Assembly (NCBI GenBank): GCA_000002445.1
Contig: CH464491.1
Span: forward strand, 1,472,001-1,536,000
Origin: Trypanosoma brucei
Lineage: Eukaryota
Length of the DNA: 64,000 bases
Direction: 5' to 3'
Positions 43,655-54,131 of this stretch are shown piece by piece; within the stretch, counting starts at the first letter, position 1; each line of letters opens with the position of its first letter. Under the pieces are notes generated by a model. It made no database searches. It was given only the letters and a program-made list of their open reading frames with translations, and was not told where the DNA came from. The position numbers and the translations under genes are program-made.

Positions 43655-45138
43655 CCTCGCAAAACTTCAAACAACCCTATTAAGTTACCTGTTGAGATTG
43701 TTCTTGAGAGTGTCACAACTGCTGTAAGGGTCCATTAACACAACGGCTAAATGGTTCGATGATGTGAGTGAAATATCTTTACCAAGACTGCCATGTATTG
43801 TCCTTTTAATTCTTAAAACGCAAATCTTTCCCCCTCTTCATTCGGACCCCTCAGGCCCGTGTCAACTGCAAGTGTGGCCTCTTCCCTATATTTTGAACAT
43901 GCGTCCATTTTTTTGTGCAAAAAAAAAATCCATCTACTTGGCCGTGTGCGTTGTGTGGTTGAGCCGGCTTCTGTCAGTAGTGGCTGCTCTGTTGTTTTTT
44001 TCGTCAATTTTTTTGTGGCAATATTTTCTGCTTCCGCCGCCACTTTGTTTTCATTTGCTTTGGGGATAAACTATGTTATTTTGTTTTTAGTCCTTTCTAC
44101 CTGCGGTGCTCGTGTGATTGGGGTGGGGGCGGTTGTCGCTGGTGGTGTGAGGTGGAACACGGCTAGAGTTCGCAAGGCGGCTAATGGTTGTAGGTGCCAA
44201 TGTAAGTACAAGTACATTTTTCTTTACTTTTATGTACTTATTTGTGACATGTGGCCACGTGCGTGTTGCAATATGTCGAATAGGGAGAACGTAGTTGAGA
44301 GGGGGGGGGGAAGGTTCATTCGGCGTGTCCGAGGTGACGCTCCCACGCAAAAAGGGTTCATATCTTTTCAACTAACTAGCAGAGGTGTACAGCAACTTTG
44401 TAGTGCTCTGCGGCAAATTTCTTTCTCCTTCGCTGAACAACTTGTGGTTGCAAATCATAGAGAAATTACATTGAGGAATACACATATATTTATATATAGA
44501 TATGATTCCGGCTGCTACAGAATTTTGCCTTTACAGGAAGTAAGGTGGTATCGTCTGCGTCTCTGTTCTTTTATCGTCTTGTGAGGGTTGTTATTTTAAT
44601 ACTTTTTTATTTTCCTTTACTCGAGATACTTGTTGTTTTACTCTTTCTCTCCTCCCGTTTTAGTTGTTTTTCTTTTTCTGTTACTTGTGTGAATGTCGGC
44701 CGTTTTGGTGGACGGGGCCCACTGAGTCAAATTGGTTTCTGGCACAACTTCGTCCTGTCAGGTTATAAATAGGCTTGGATGAACCCGTATAGAGAGTAGG
44801 AGATGATGGAAGGGAGCTGTTATTAAATATTGAAGGAGGCAAAGAACTGACGCATTAACCTATGAAACATATCATTTATAATGAAGAATGGTCCTCTATC
44901 TTTCCTTACACTTACTGTTATGATGTCAATTTTTTGTGTGTCTTTTTTAAAAAAAAAAAGAAAATTTTCTTACTATAAACGGCTGCCACTAGAGTAGCAT
45001 TCATAAATGAAAGCTACTACGGGATGTCTGCAACTGTTGTTTTATTTTCAACTGTCTTTTTTATCTACCTGTACATTCGTACCTTCACCTTTTTATCCGA
45101 AGCGCCCTTGTGTGGTGTAGGGGTAGTTTCACAGATTG

Positions 45139-46131
45139 ATGACCCAAGCTGTAGAAATGGCGCAATGCGATCGCGTCGTTATATTTTTAGACGTCGACGG
45201 CGTACTTTTGCCTGTACCACGTTTCACCTTTGGTGGAGGTGATCTCTCTCCTCAATGTGTTGGATACCTGCTGAAGATTGTTGACGCTTGTGGTACGGCA
45301 GAGAAAGTCACCATTATTCTTTCGTCCACGTGGCGCAACTTCCCTGCGCAGGTGCAGCGACTGAATAATTTCTTCGCTAAAACAGTAGGTGACGCCGTTC
45401 CACCAATTGCTGGTGGAACTCCAAACGGCACACCGAAGGTGACAGTGGTGTCGTATTATGCCGATGACCCAAGCGAACAACGTCTCGTCCGTGATCGTGT
45501 TGATGAGATAAAACGGTGGATAAACACGAACATGCGTGAACACCCTGAAGCCGTAGGCGGGCGCTGGTTCGCCATTGATGATATGCAGTTGGATGTGGAT
45601 GAACGTATGCGAGGTCATTTCCTGAAGACAACAACTGAAATCGGCTTGGTGGAAGATGATATCGAAAGAGCAAGGGAAATTATTGCTGCTTTTCCTCCAC
45701 CTGAAGAGGCAGCTCGTAATGCAGCAGCGGCCCTCGTTGATCCCGCTCTTAAGGATGAGGAAATCGATATATTAGAAACGCGTTGTCGAAATCTCTCAGA
45801 GACCGCGGAACAACTGAAGAACGACTTGGCAGAAGCACACGAAGAGATACGCCGCCTTCAAGGAGAGCGCACTGTGAGGGAGAGGGATATGAAGGAGTTG
45901 ACAAGACGTTTTGAAGATGTCAGTTATCGCTTAGCCCAGTATGATTTTTCGAAGAAAAACGCTGTGCTTCGCTCAGCAATAGAAGCTCTTGCGTCAAAAA
46001 CAGGCAAGGAGCGTCGGGAGTTGGAGGACCGCATAAAAACACTGGTGAATCTTCTGCGCCATAAAAAGGAGTTGGAGAAGATGGCGGCAAAAAATAGGAA
46101 GAAAGAGGGTCAAGCACAAGTAAAGAATTGA
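45139..46131 (+). CDS. Hypothetical protein with an N-terminal HAD-like phosphatase-type motif and a C-terminal coiled coil
   Basis: VVIFLDVDGVLLP (DxDG-type motif I) and ILSSTWR (motif II-like). The C-terminal 130 aa are heptad-rich (EEIDILETRCRNLSETAEQLKNDLAEAHEEIRRLQGER...). The track start 45136 is TTG. Confidence 0.6.
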   Translation: MTQAVEMAQCDRVVIFLDVDGVLLPVPRFTFGGGDLSPQCVGYLLKIVDACGTAEKVTIILSSTWRNFPAQVQRLNNFFAKTVGDAVPPIAGGTPNGTPKVTVVSYYADDPSEQRLVRDRVDEIKRWINTNMREHPEAVGGRWFAIDDMQLDVDERMRGHFLKTTTEIGLVEDDIERAREIIAAFPPPEEAARNAAAALVDPALKDEEIDILETRCRNLSETAEQLKNDLAEAHEEIRRLQGERTVRERDMKELTRRFEDVSYRLAQYDFSKKNAVLRSAIEALASKTGKERRELEDRIKTLVNLLRHKKELEKMAAKNRKKEGQAQVKN

Positions 46132-46926
46132 TGGGAATCGAGTCACATGTGTTCCCAGTCTGTGTCGTTCTAGCTCACAGGGGTTTGAGGTTGTTAATTG
46201 AAAAATATTGTGATGCCATTTATCTGTTGTTCAAAAAAAAATTAATTGACTATTCAAATGGAGTGATGTCGCGAGCTTTTACGCGGTCAAACTAAACATA
46301 ATATATTGATGCTGTCGGCTTCCAGCTACCGTCCAACTGATTATTCAATTCTTTTCTTTGGTGCGGTAATTACCGATTTTTGGGTCTCCTTTTTTTTTTT
46401 AAATTATTCATTCTTGTGGGCGCTCGTTCGTGTTTACTTACCAATTTCAAAAAAAAAAAAACGAGGCTCATCCGAATGACGTGAGGTGTGAGTAAGCCAA
46501 AAGGGAATGAAGTGGGGGTGACACTGCTTTTGTGCCTTTGTTTTTGGACGGAAAGGAGTTGAGTTGGCTGCATGTTATCGTTCCTTGGCGACGATGTTGC
46601 ACCCGGGAGAAACGTTTTTTTTGTTTGGCTCTGGCGCTGCACATTTTGTTTCATATTCATCCTGATTCCCCAACCTACTAAATCATATTCGACGAATTAA
46701 GCAAGGCATTGTGATGCCACTAGCAATATTCTGGTACTACTCGTTGCCTACTGTTGTGTTAACTGTTCTGTACATGCCATTTGTATTCGGTGTTTACTTC
46801 AGGTACATCAACTTTTGTTGCTTGATTTTTATTCCTCATGCACTTTCTTTATTATTTGTCTTTCACACCTTTGATATTTGACGGTTGTATTCACTGCTGG
46901 TTGGACTTGTTGGAAGGAGCTCCGAT

Positions 46927-49900
46927 ATGCCAGTTTTTCGTAATTCCACTGGTTTTGTCACTCCCTTTCGAATTCCGAGTGCGGTAAGCAGAGAAGACTC
47001 ATCGTCAACCACAACAACACCTCGCTCTTCTACTGTGTTGCAACGACAAAAGCGGGAGGTGGTGTACCCAGATTCCAGAGGCAGTTCAGGCAATGAAGTA
47101 GTTGCAGCGCGTCTAGCTAAACGCGCAAACATTGATTACCATCAACCAATAAAAGAGAACAAAACCTTTCCCAACCATGGAGGGCCCAATACTGAAGTTC
47201 ACGATGATAACGCCAGTGAGAAGACGACAGAAGAAGGCCCAGTTTCGTCGAAGCCGTCTGTTCCTCCGACAAGTGGTGTGCAACAGCAACAACCACAGGA
47301 AACGGCACCTGTTTCTACGGATGCTGCGGGAGCGGATGAAGGAAGTGTTGAGAAAAGTACCGAAATTGTTTCTCTGTATCCGGTAAGTCCCCATGGCTGT
47401 CTTTATTTTCAAGTGGAAACAGAGGCGGCCACCCGTCACGACTCAGTCGGTATTATTGTCATCAACACGGAACTTCTGGGTGTCATGATGTACGACTGTG
47501 CAGGAAGACAATATGGCAACAGACCAGAACCCGGCTACCCTATATCGGAAGAAGATATGAAGAGCGCTAAAGCCGGTGCCAAACTTAAGGTGGGGCAAAA
47601 AAGTGTACTTCTCGTTACTGCGCTATTGGAGGAATCATTCCGAAGCGGTGAGTTCTTCCTTCGGTCTGAGCACCTTTCTCGTAAGAGGGAAGAGGACAAA
47701 AAGGCGAAGGAAGAAGCAGCTGCAGCAGCTGCTCCTCGGCGAGTAGTGCCAAAAATGACATTGGGTGAAACTTTACTAGGGAATATGTTTGCCTCACCCA
47801 TTTTCCGTAAGCGACCGCGTGAGGGTCAAACTGGGTTCGTTGTTCCAATTGCTGGACGTGTGAAACCTGGAACCAGCGGAATTGGTGCTGAGTTGAAGTC
47901 TTTGCACGATCCTGACCGAGAAGGAGCAGTGGTACTTTTTCATGCTCACTACAAACGGGACGTTAATGGCCGTCTGCAAGTTTCGGTTGTTGTGGATCCG
48001 ATTATTGGTGACAAACTTCGACCGCATCAGCGAATCGGGGTGAAGTTTCTTTTCGATTGCATTACGGGTCAGCGGATGCCCGGCTACCACGGTGCCATCT
48101 TAGCAGATGAAATGGGTCTTGGAAAAACCATTCAAACAGTTGCTACCGTTTATACTTGTCTCAAACAAGGGAGGTATGGGGTACCCACAGCACGAAAGTG
48201 TTTGATCGTTACCCCATCTTCCCTAGTGAAGAATTGGTGCAACGAGTTTGACAAATGGTTGGGTGTGGGGGCTGTTAAATATCTCTCTATATCGGAGTCC
48301 ACACCAAAAGGCGATCGCATCATTTCTCGCTTCGATGGCGACGGTGATGTTCTCGTCATTTCGTACGATCAGCTACGCAAATACATCAGTCGCATTTCGA
48401 CGCTGAAGTCGGTTGAGTTAGTTGTCTGCGATGAGGGACACAAACTGAAAAATGCAGAGGTGAAAACAACGAAAGCAGTTGATATGCTCCCTACGCGGAA
48501 CCGCATCATCCTTAGCGGTACACCCATTCAAAACGACTTATCAGAATTTCATGCCATGGTGGGGTTTGTTAACCCCGGTATCTTAGGCACTCGTGATGTC
48601 TTCGGTCGCGTATTTGAGGAACCCGTGACGCTTGGACGGGACCCCGACTGTCCTGAGCATCTCCGGATGTTGGGAGCCGACCGCGCACATTACCTTTCCA
48701 CTTTAACCCAGCGCTTCATTCTTCGGCGCACGCAATCCATTAATGAGTCGTACCTCCCACCGAAGGTTGATCTTACAGTGTTCGTACGACTGGGTGAAAA
48801 GCAGCGCGAGGCGTATGAGAAGATTTCTGCTATCGTGGAGAGCTCGCAGTGTACCCCGCTTGTTCTGATCTCGTCATTGAGGAAACTTTGTAATCACATG
48901 GATCTCTTCCACGAGGCGGTGGTTAGCTCCAATGGGGATCAGAAGGGTAAGGGTGGTGGAATTCCCAAATCGGTGCTTCCGAAAGGCTACAAGGTTGGGA
49001 CTCTTTCCCAAGAGGTGGGCAGCAAGATGCAGTTTGTTTCCCTCATGCTAGACGAGTTATGCAGTAATGGGGATCACGACAAACTAGTGATCGTTTCGAA
49101 CTTCACTCAAACACTGGACGTCATTGCTGCCATGTGTAAAACCAAAAAGATTAGTTTCTTTCAGCTCGACGGTAGTATGCCCATCAAAAGGCGGCAGGAG
49201 GTGGTTGATCGGTTCAATGTCCCCAATTCTCAAGAGATTGTTTTCTTGCTTTCTTCCAAGGCTGGTGGAGTAGGCCTCAATCTTATTGGAGCGAATCGGC
49301 TAATTCTATTTGATCCTGACTGGAACCCTGCTAACGATGCACAAGCTATGGGTAGAGTGTGGCGTGATGGACAGAAGAAGCGTGTCTTCATATATCGTCT
49401 TTTAAGTACCGGTTCAATTGAGGAGAAGATTTACCAGCGACAGGTCAGTAAGCAAGGCCTCTCTGCAAACGTTGTTGATATGCAAACAGACTCAAAGCAA
49501 CACTTTACACTGGAAGAACTTCGGTCACTTTTTCGTTTTCGGAGTGACACCGACTCAGAAACACACGATCTTCTGCATTGCACGAGTTGTGAAGCGGTTA
49601 TGAATTCAGGGGGTGGCAGGGCCTCTGGAAGAGCAAGATTAAAAGAGCAGGAAGCACCAATGAAGTTCCGCCCTGTAACTGTGAAAAAGAGCGGACCCCG
49701 TATGGACGAACTAAAAGGGTGGAGGCATTTCTCTCAGTGTGCAACTTTCCCCTTGGACAAAGTTATACGTGCCATAGCCACGGCAGCACCGGGCATCTGC
49801 AGTTTCATCTTTGCTGATGAGCGTGACAACACCGCGACGACCGCATCGAAAGATGGCAAGGGAGGTAAGAGTGGTGGTGCCAAGGTTGAACCCGTGATGA

Positions 49901-50040
49901 AAGTGGAGCGGGCTTTTGCTGAAGACGAGGAAGCAATTATATGCATGAGCCAAACAGAGGAGATGGTAAGAGAGTCTCAACTTGAGATTGAGATCCATGA
50001 GGATGATGATGATGATGATTATCCCTCTGGTGACGATTAG
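46927..50040 (+). CDS. RAD54: RAD54 (SNF2-family DNA repair/recombination translocase)
   Basis: LRPHQRIGVKFLFDC...ILADEMGLGKTIQTVATV. DEGHKLKN. ILSGTPIQNDLSEFHAMVGFVNPGILG. SSKAGGVGLNLIGANRLILFDPDWNPANDAQAMGRVWRDGQKKRVFIYRLLSTGSIEEKIYQRQ is canonical RAD54. The track start 46885 is TTG; the first ATG is at 46927. Confidence 0.9.
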   Translation: MPVFRNSTGFVTPFRIPSAVSREDSSSTTTTPRSSTVLQRQKREVVYPDSRGSSGNEVVAARLAKRANIDYHQPIKENKTFPNHGGPNTEVHDDNASEKTTEEGPVSSKPSVPPTSGVQQQQPQETAPVSTDAAGADEGSVEKSTEIVSLYPVSPHGCLYFQVETEAATRHDSVGIIVINTELLGVMMYDCAGRQYGNRPEPGYPISEEDMKSAKAGAKLKVGQKSVLLVTALLEESFRSGEFFLRSEHLSRKREEDKKAKEEAAAAAAPRRVVPKMTLGETLLGNMFASPIFRKRPREGQTGFVVPIAGRVKPGTSGIGAELKSLHDPDREGAVVLFHAHYKRDVNGRLQVSVVVDPIIGDKLRPHQRIGVKFLFDCITGQRMPGYHGAILADEMGLGKTIQTVATVYTCLKQGRYGVPTARKCLIVTPSSLVKNWCNEFDKWLGVGAVKYLSISESTPKGDRIISRFDGDGDVLVISYDQLRKYISRISTLKSVELVVCDEGHKLKNAEVKTTKAVDMLPTRNRIILSGTPIQNDLSEFHAMVGFVNPGILGTRDVFGRVFEEPVTLGRDPDCPEHLRMLGADRAHYLSTLTQRFILRRTQSINESYLPPKVDLTVFVRLGEKQREAYEKISAIVESSQCTPLVLISSLRKLCNHMDLFHEAVVSSNGDQKGKGGGIPKSVLPKGYKVGTLSQEVGSKMQFVSLMLDELCSNGDHDKLVIVSNFTQTLDVIAAMCKTKKISFFQLDGSMPIKRRQEVVDRFNVPNSQEIVFLLSSKAGGVGLNLIGANRLILFDPDWNPANDAQAMGRVWRDGQKKRVFIYRLLSTGSIEEKIYQRQVSKQGLSANVVDMQTDSKQHFTLEELRSLFRFRSDTDSETHDLLHCTSCEAVMNSGGGRASGRARLKEQEAPMKFRPVTVKKSGPRMDELKGWRHFSQCATFPLDKVIRAIATAAPGICSFIFADERDNTATTASKDGKGGKSGGAKVEPVMKVERAFAEDEEAIICMSQTEEMVRESQLEIEIHEDDDDDDYPSGDD

Positions 50041-50666
50041 TATCAGTTAGTGAAATATTTGTCGTTAGGTTACTTCTGGGTCAACTCATACGTGCGCCCA
50101 GTTGCTCCACTGCTAAGTTTTCACAAGGGGTGCTATTGCGTACGTGCGTCACCGACACACGTGCTCTATATTAGTACGCAGGGTGAAGAAACTGGGGAAA
50201 TAAAGGCGTTATGCCAATGCGCCCGGGGGAATCATCGTATTGCATTACCTTGTTGTGTTTCATTTGCTTTCTTTTTATCTGCGTCAAATCCCCAAAAGCA
50301 AGAGGATGGGGATGCCGCACAAAACTTTATTTGCCAAGTCATAACTTTAGTCTTTCCATAGTTCTCACGCGCACATTCACATTTGTTTGTCCCCTCCTCT
50401 CGTTCCAATGCCAGACTTACTGCCTAGGTGCTGTGGGGAGGCAGTACATACGAGGTTCAACTCTTTCTAATTATGTTTCCGCACATCTACTAACCTACCC
50501 CTCTCCAAAAGAAGAAAAAAGACTAATACGTCATTTTAGATTTTAATCTTTTGTACCTTGGGCACCAGAGGAACACGGACAGTGTAAAAGAAGGTGAATA
50601 ATCATTTATATCTATATCACCACGCAAGCGATACGTATTCGTCTGTACACAGATTTAGCTACTGAC

Positions 50667-52361
50667 ATGACGCATCAATCAACTGATGTGTCCGGGCCGT
50701 GTGGCGCTGCCGTTCTAACAAATCGTTATCTCAACAGAGGAACCGCCTTTACCATTGAAGAGCGCAAACAGTTGCATATTCTCGGGCAGCTTCCTACAGT
50801 TGTTGAAACCCTGGAGCAGCAGGTGAAGCGTGCGTACAATCAGATGAAGAGCTGTGGCAAGCCCATCGATCAGTACCAACAGCTTGCTGCACTTCACGCT
50901 ACAAATACAACCCTTTATTACGCGACCATCTTTGCGCACCTTGAGGAAACACTTCCCATTATTTACACACCTACAGTGGGAGAGGCTTGCCAACGGTACA
51001 GCAGCCTTTTGTTTCGTGAGCGCGGGCTGTACTTATGCCGCACGTACAAGGGTATGTTCCGTACCATCATGCGCGATTCAGGGTACGAGAATCCGAAAGT
51101 TGTTGTAATAACTGATGGTTCTCGCATCTTGGGTCTTGGTGACCTCGGAGCAAACGGTGTGGGCATCAGCATTGGCAAATGTTCACTATATGTTGCCGGC
51201 GCCGGAATCAATCCAAAGAATGTTGTCCCCGTTGTACTTGACGCAGGGACAGATAATGCGGCTATGTTGAGTGACGATAATTATATCGGTGTGCGCCAAA
51301 AACGCCCCTCTGACGAGGATTTCTACGCTTTGTTGGATGAGTTCATGGAGGCTGCGAGTGAAGCATGGCCGGAAGCCGTTATACAATTTGAGGACTTCAG
51401 CAACAACCATTGTTTTGACATGCTTGAGCGGTACCAAAACAAGTATCGATGCTTCAATGATGATATTCAGGGAACTGGTGCTGTAATTGCTGCAGGCTTC
51501 CTAAATGCTGTGAAGCTTTCAAAGGTGGATCCCCTTGACCATCGTATTGTTGTGTTTGGCGCTGGTTCCGCTGCTATTGGTGTGGTGGACAATATTGCGG
51601 AGCTCACTGCACAACTGTACAACCTCAAGTCCGATGATGTGAAGAAGACATTTTATCTCGTTGACACAAAGGGTCTCGTTACCACTACGCGTGGCGACAA
51701 GTTGGCCTCCCATAAAGTGTCACTGGCTCGTACCGATGTCTCTGCAGAAGATTCAGCGAAATTGAAGACGTTGGAAGACGTTGTAAATTTTGTGAAACCG
51801 ACAACGCTCCTCGGACTTGGCGGCGTGGGCCCGGTATTCACGGAGAGCATGGTGAAGGGTATTCTAAACAACACGAAACGGCCAATTATATTTCCACTTT
51901 CCAACCCCACCAGCAAATCTGAGATCACCGCAGACAACGCCTTCAAGTGGACCGATGGTAAGGCAATTGTTGCCTCAGGAAGTCCCTTCCCGCCCACAAC
52001 TCTGAACGGCAAGACATACAAGGCATCCCAAGGTAACAATTTGTATGTTTTCCCCGGTATTGGACTTGGTTGTGCCATCGCGAAACCGGCGTATATTCCC
52101 AATGATTTACTTATTGCCGCTTCTCGCTGCCTTAACGGCCTTGTTTCAAAGGTGGGGCTTGAAGATGGATCTCTGTACCCTCCTCTGAGTGATATCCACA
52201 ACATTTCTGCCAACATTGCTACCGATGTCATTATGGAAGCACAGCGCTTGAAGATTGACAACAACTCTTCGTTGCCCCGCACACGAGCGGAGTTGATGGA
52301 TTATGTGAAGCATGCCATGTGGAAGCCGGAGTATCCAACAGGCATTCTCCCTGACGAGTAA
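50667..52361 (+). CDS. Malic enzyme (NADP-dependent), upstream paralogue without an N-terminal targeting extension
   Basis: IYTPTVGEACQ, FNDDIQGTGAV and GAGSAAIG (NAD(P) binding). Full-length 564 aa. Confidence 0.9.
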   Translation: MTHQSTDVSGPCGAAVLTNRYLNRGTAFTIEERKQLHILGQLPTVVETLEQQVKRAYNQMKSCGKPIDQYQQLAALHATNTTLYYATIFAHLEETLPIIYTPTVGEACQRYSSLLFRERGLYLCRTYKGMFRTIMRDSGYENPKVVVITDGSRILGLGDLGANGVGISIGKCSLYVAGAGINPKNVVPVVLDAGTDNAAMLSDDNYIGVRQKRPSDEDFYALLDEFMEAASEAWPEAVIQFEDFSNNHCFDMLERYQNKYRCFNDDIQGTGAVIAAGFLNAVKLSKVDPLDHRIVVFGAGSAAIGVVDNIAELTAQLYNLKSDDVKKTFYLVDTKGLVTTTRGDKLASHKVSLARTDVSAEDSAKLKTLEDVVNFVKPTTLLGLGGVGPVFTESMVKGILNNTKRPIIFPLSNPTSKSEITADNAFKWTDGKAIVASGSPFPPTTLNGKTYKASQGNNLYVFPGIGLGCAIAKPAYIPNDLLIAASRCLNGLVSKVGLEDGSLYPPLSDIHNISANIATDVIMEAQRLKIDNNSSLPRTRAELMDYVKHAMWKPEYPTGILPDE

Positions 52362-52503
52362 TGTAAGGGACGTGAAGGGAGCGATTGACACTCCGTGCTT
52401 ACACCAATATCGGTGAGCGAAGCATCCCTTTTACGAAGAAATTTCAGGTGAACACCCTTTTATATACTAAAAACGTGTGTCTTGTATATCTTCTACAGAC
52501 AAA

Positions 52504-52505
<2 letters not shown>

Positions 52506-52537
<32 letters not shown>
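52506..52537. repeat. (AT)16 microsatellite in the intergenic region downstream of the first malic enzyme gene
   Basis: atatatatatatatatatatatatatatatat read directly. Confidence 0.95.
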
Positions 52538-52540
<3 letters not shown>

Positions 52541-54131
52541 CGTTTCATGTTTTGTTTATTCATTTCGTCTTCATTTTACGTTCGCAGCAGCATTTTTTTT
52601 GTTTATGTTCTCTATTTTTTCTTTTATATTTTATTCGTCGCCTCGTTTCTGAGGTCTTTCGCCACTTTTACCCTTTGTTGGGGGCTGTTTGCAGTATGGT
52701 GAAAGTCTTTTACTGCTAGGATAATGAAATTGTGTATCGCATAACTGCGTGTAGAAAACGAACGGAATAAATTGGACATGAGCCAGTTACCGAGGTTTAT
52801 GAAAGAATTAACCACAGTTGTGGAGTGCCGTATACAAATGATGAAACGTATCGAAACGTGAAGAGAGAAGAAGTAGGCACGAGAGGGGATAAATTTTTTT
52901 TTTGTGATATGAAGGAGACGTTCGTAAGTTTTTCTCTTTTTTAGCCTATGAGCGTGTGTGCCGCAGCACAGGCTCTAGAGTTTCGTGAAGTATGAGGGTT
53001 CGAATGAGTTCCCGTACTTTTTCATATTTGAGAAACATTTTTTTTTTCATATGTGTCTGGTGGTTCATATTTGTTAGCCACTTTTTCCCCCTTCCTATGT
53101 TTATGGTGAACGCGTAAATAACAATTACTGTTGTAATCGCTCATCACACCGTGGCGGGTTGCGGTAGCCAAACTTCTCACGAAGAGGGTGGAGCTGCGGG
53201 GAGCGGAGGATTAATTGATAACGTCATGATAGTAAACAGGAGACACTTTTTTCATCAGTGTAAAATTCACGGTTCCGCAACAATACACGCCGAAGAGCCT
53301 CTACTTTTTTTACTGCAGTAATTAATTGCTGAGGAAAAGCAAATGCTTTTATATTGCAGGGAAAGGGGGGGATGCAAGGGGGAAAATATTGATATTGCAA
53401 TCTTTTTCTTTTTAGGGGGGGGGGAGATGCGGTGTAAGAGCGTAGAGGGACAGAGGTACATCAATGAAACACCAACTTTCAATGCGCTGTGGTTGCTTCT
53501 GTTGTGTCGGATTATGTTCGTCTGTTAATTGAGTTGGATGTGGTGCCTGTGTGTGTCGGGTTTTGAATTACAACTTCCAGATGCTCCTGTGCTTCATTGT
53601 CGATATATGTTTTCATTTATTTCTATCTTTATTTTTGTTTTGTATGTTTTGCCGTGTGTGCGTTGTGATTCTGTGATGAACTCATAGTTTTTGAAGAGAT
53701 AGGGTGGGCTCAGTGGGAAAATATTATATTCAAAATAAACTAGGAGGAAGAAATAACTTAAGGAGAAAGCACAATCAACGAGGAGGAAGACGTTCAGAAA
53801 CGCAAAAGACACACGAGCAGATCCAATATCATCATATCGCTTATCACTACGAGAATAAACTGTCACTTTTATTTGTTCCCCCCTATTAACGTTGAGCGAA
53901 AGGAGAAAAGTAAACAAATTGAAAGGGAGTAAGTTGTCATTTGGATGACGAAACTACACTTGTTTTTGGCATCCCTCTTCAAATTTTTTTCCACTTTCGT
54001 TTTATGATTTAAAGAATTGTTATAAAAAACAAGATAAGGACGTGTTGACGAGTACAAACAAAAAAGGAGGAAACTAAGGTTACTTAAGCAAGTCATACTC
54101 TGCTTTGAAGAAAAATCAGGTAACAGGTGCG

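Noticed and set aside
43859-44584. 241-aa + strand ORF in the intergenic region between the S/P-rich gene and the HAD-like gene
   Set aside because: It lies in T-rich, homopolymer-laden sequence (T runs, G10 at 44301). The predicted protein is low-complexity Cys/Phe/Leu-rich with no motif, and the codon usage is unlike the neighbouring genes. It is most likely UTR.
52960-53030. tRNA-like T-loop string (gggttcgaatgagttccc)
   Set aside because: Only the GGTTCGAAT core is present. There is no complementary acceptor or T stems, no D-loop or anticodon arm in the flanking 80 nt, and no A/B box spacing. It is not a tRNA.
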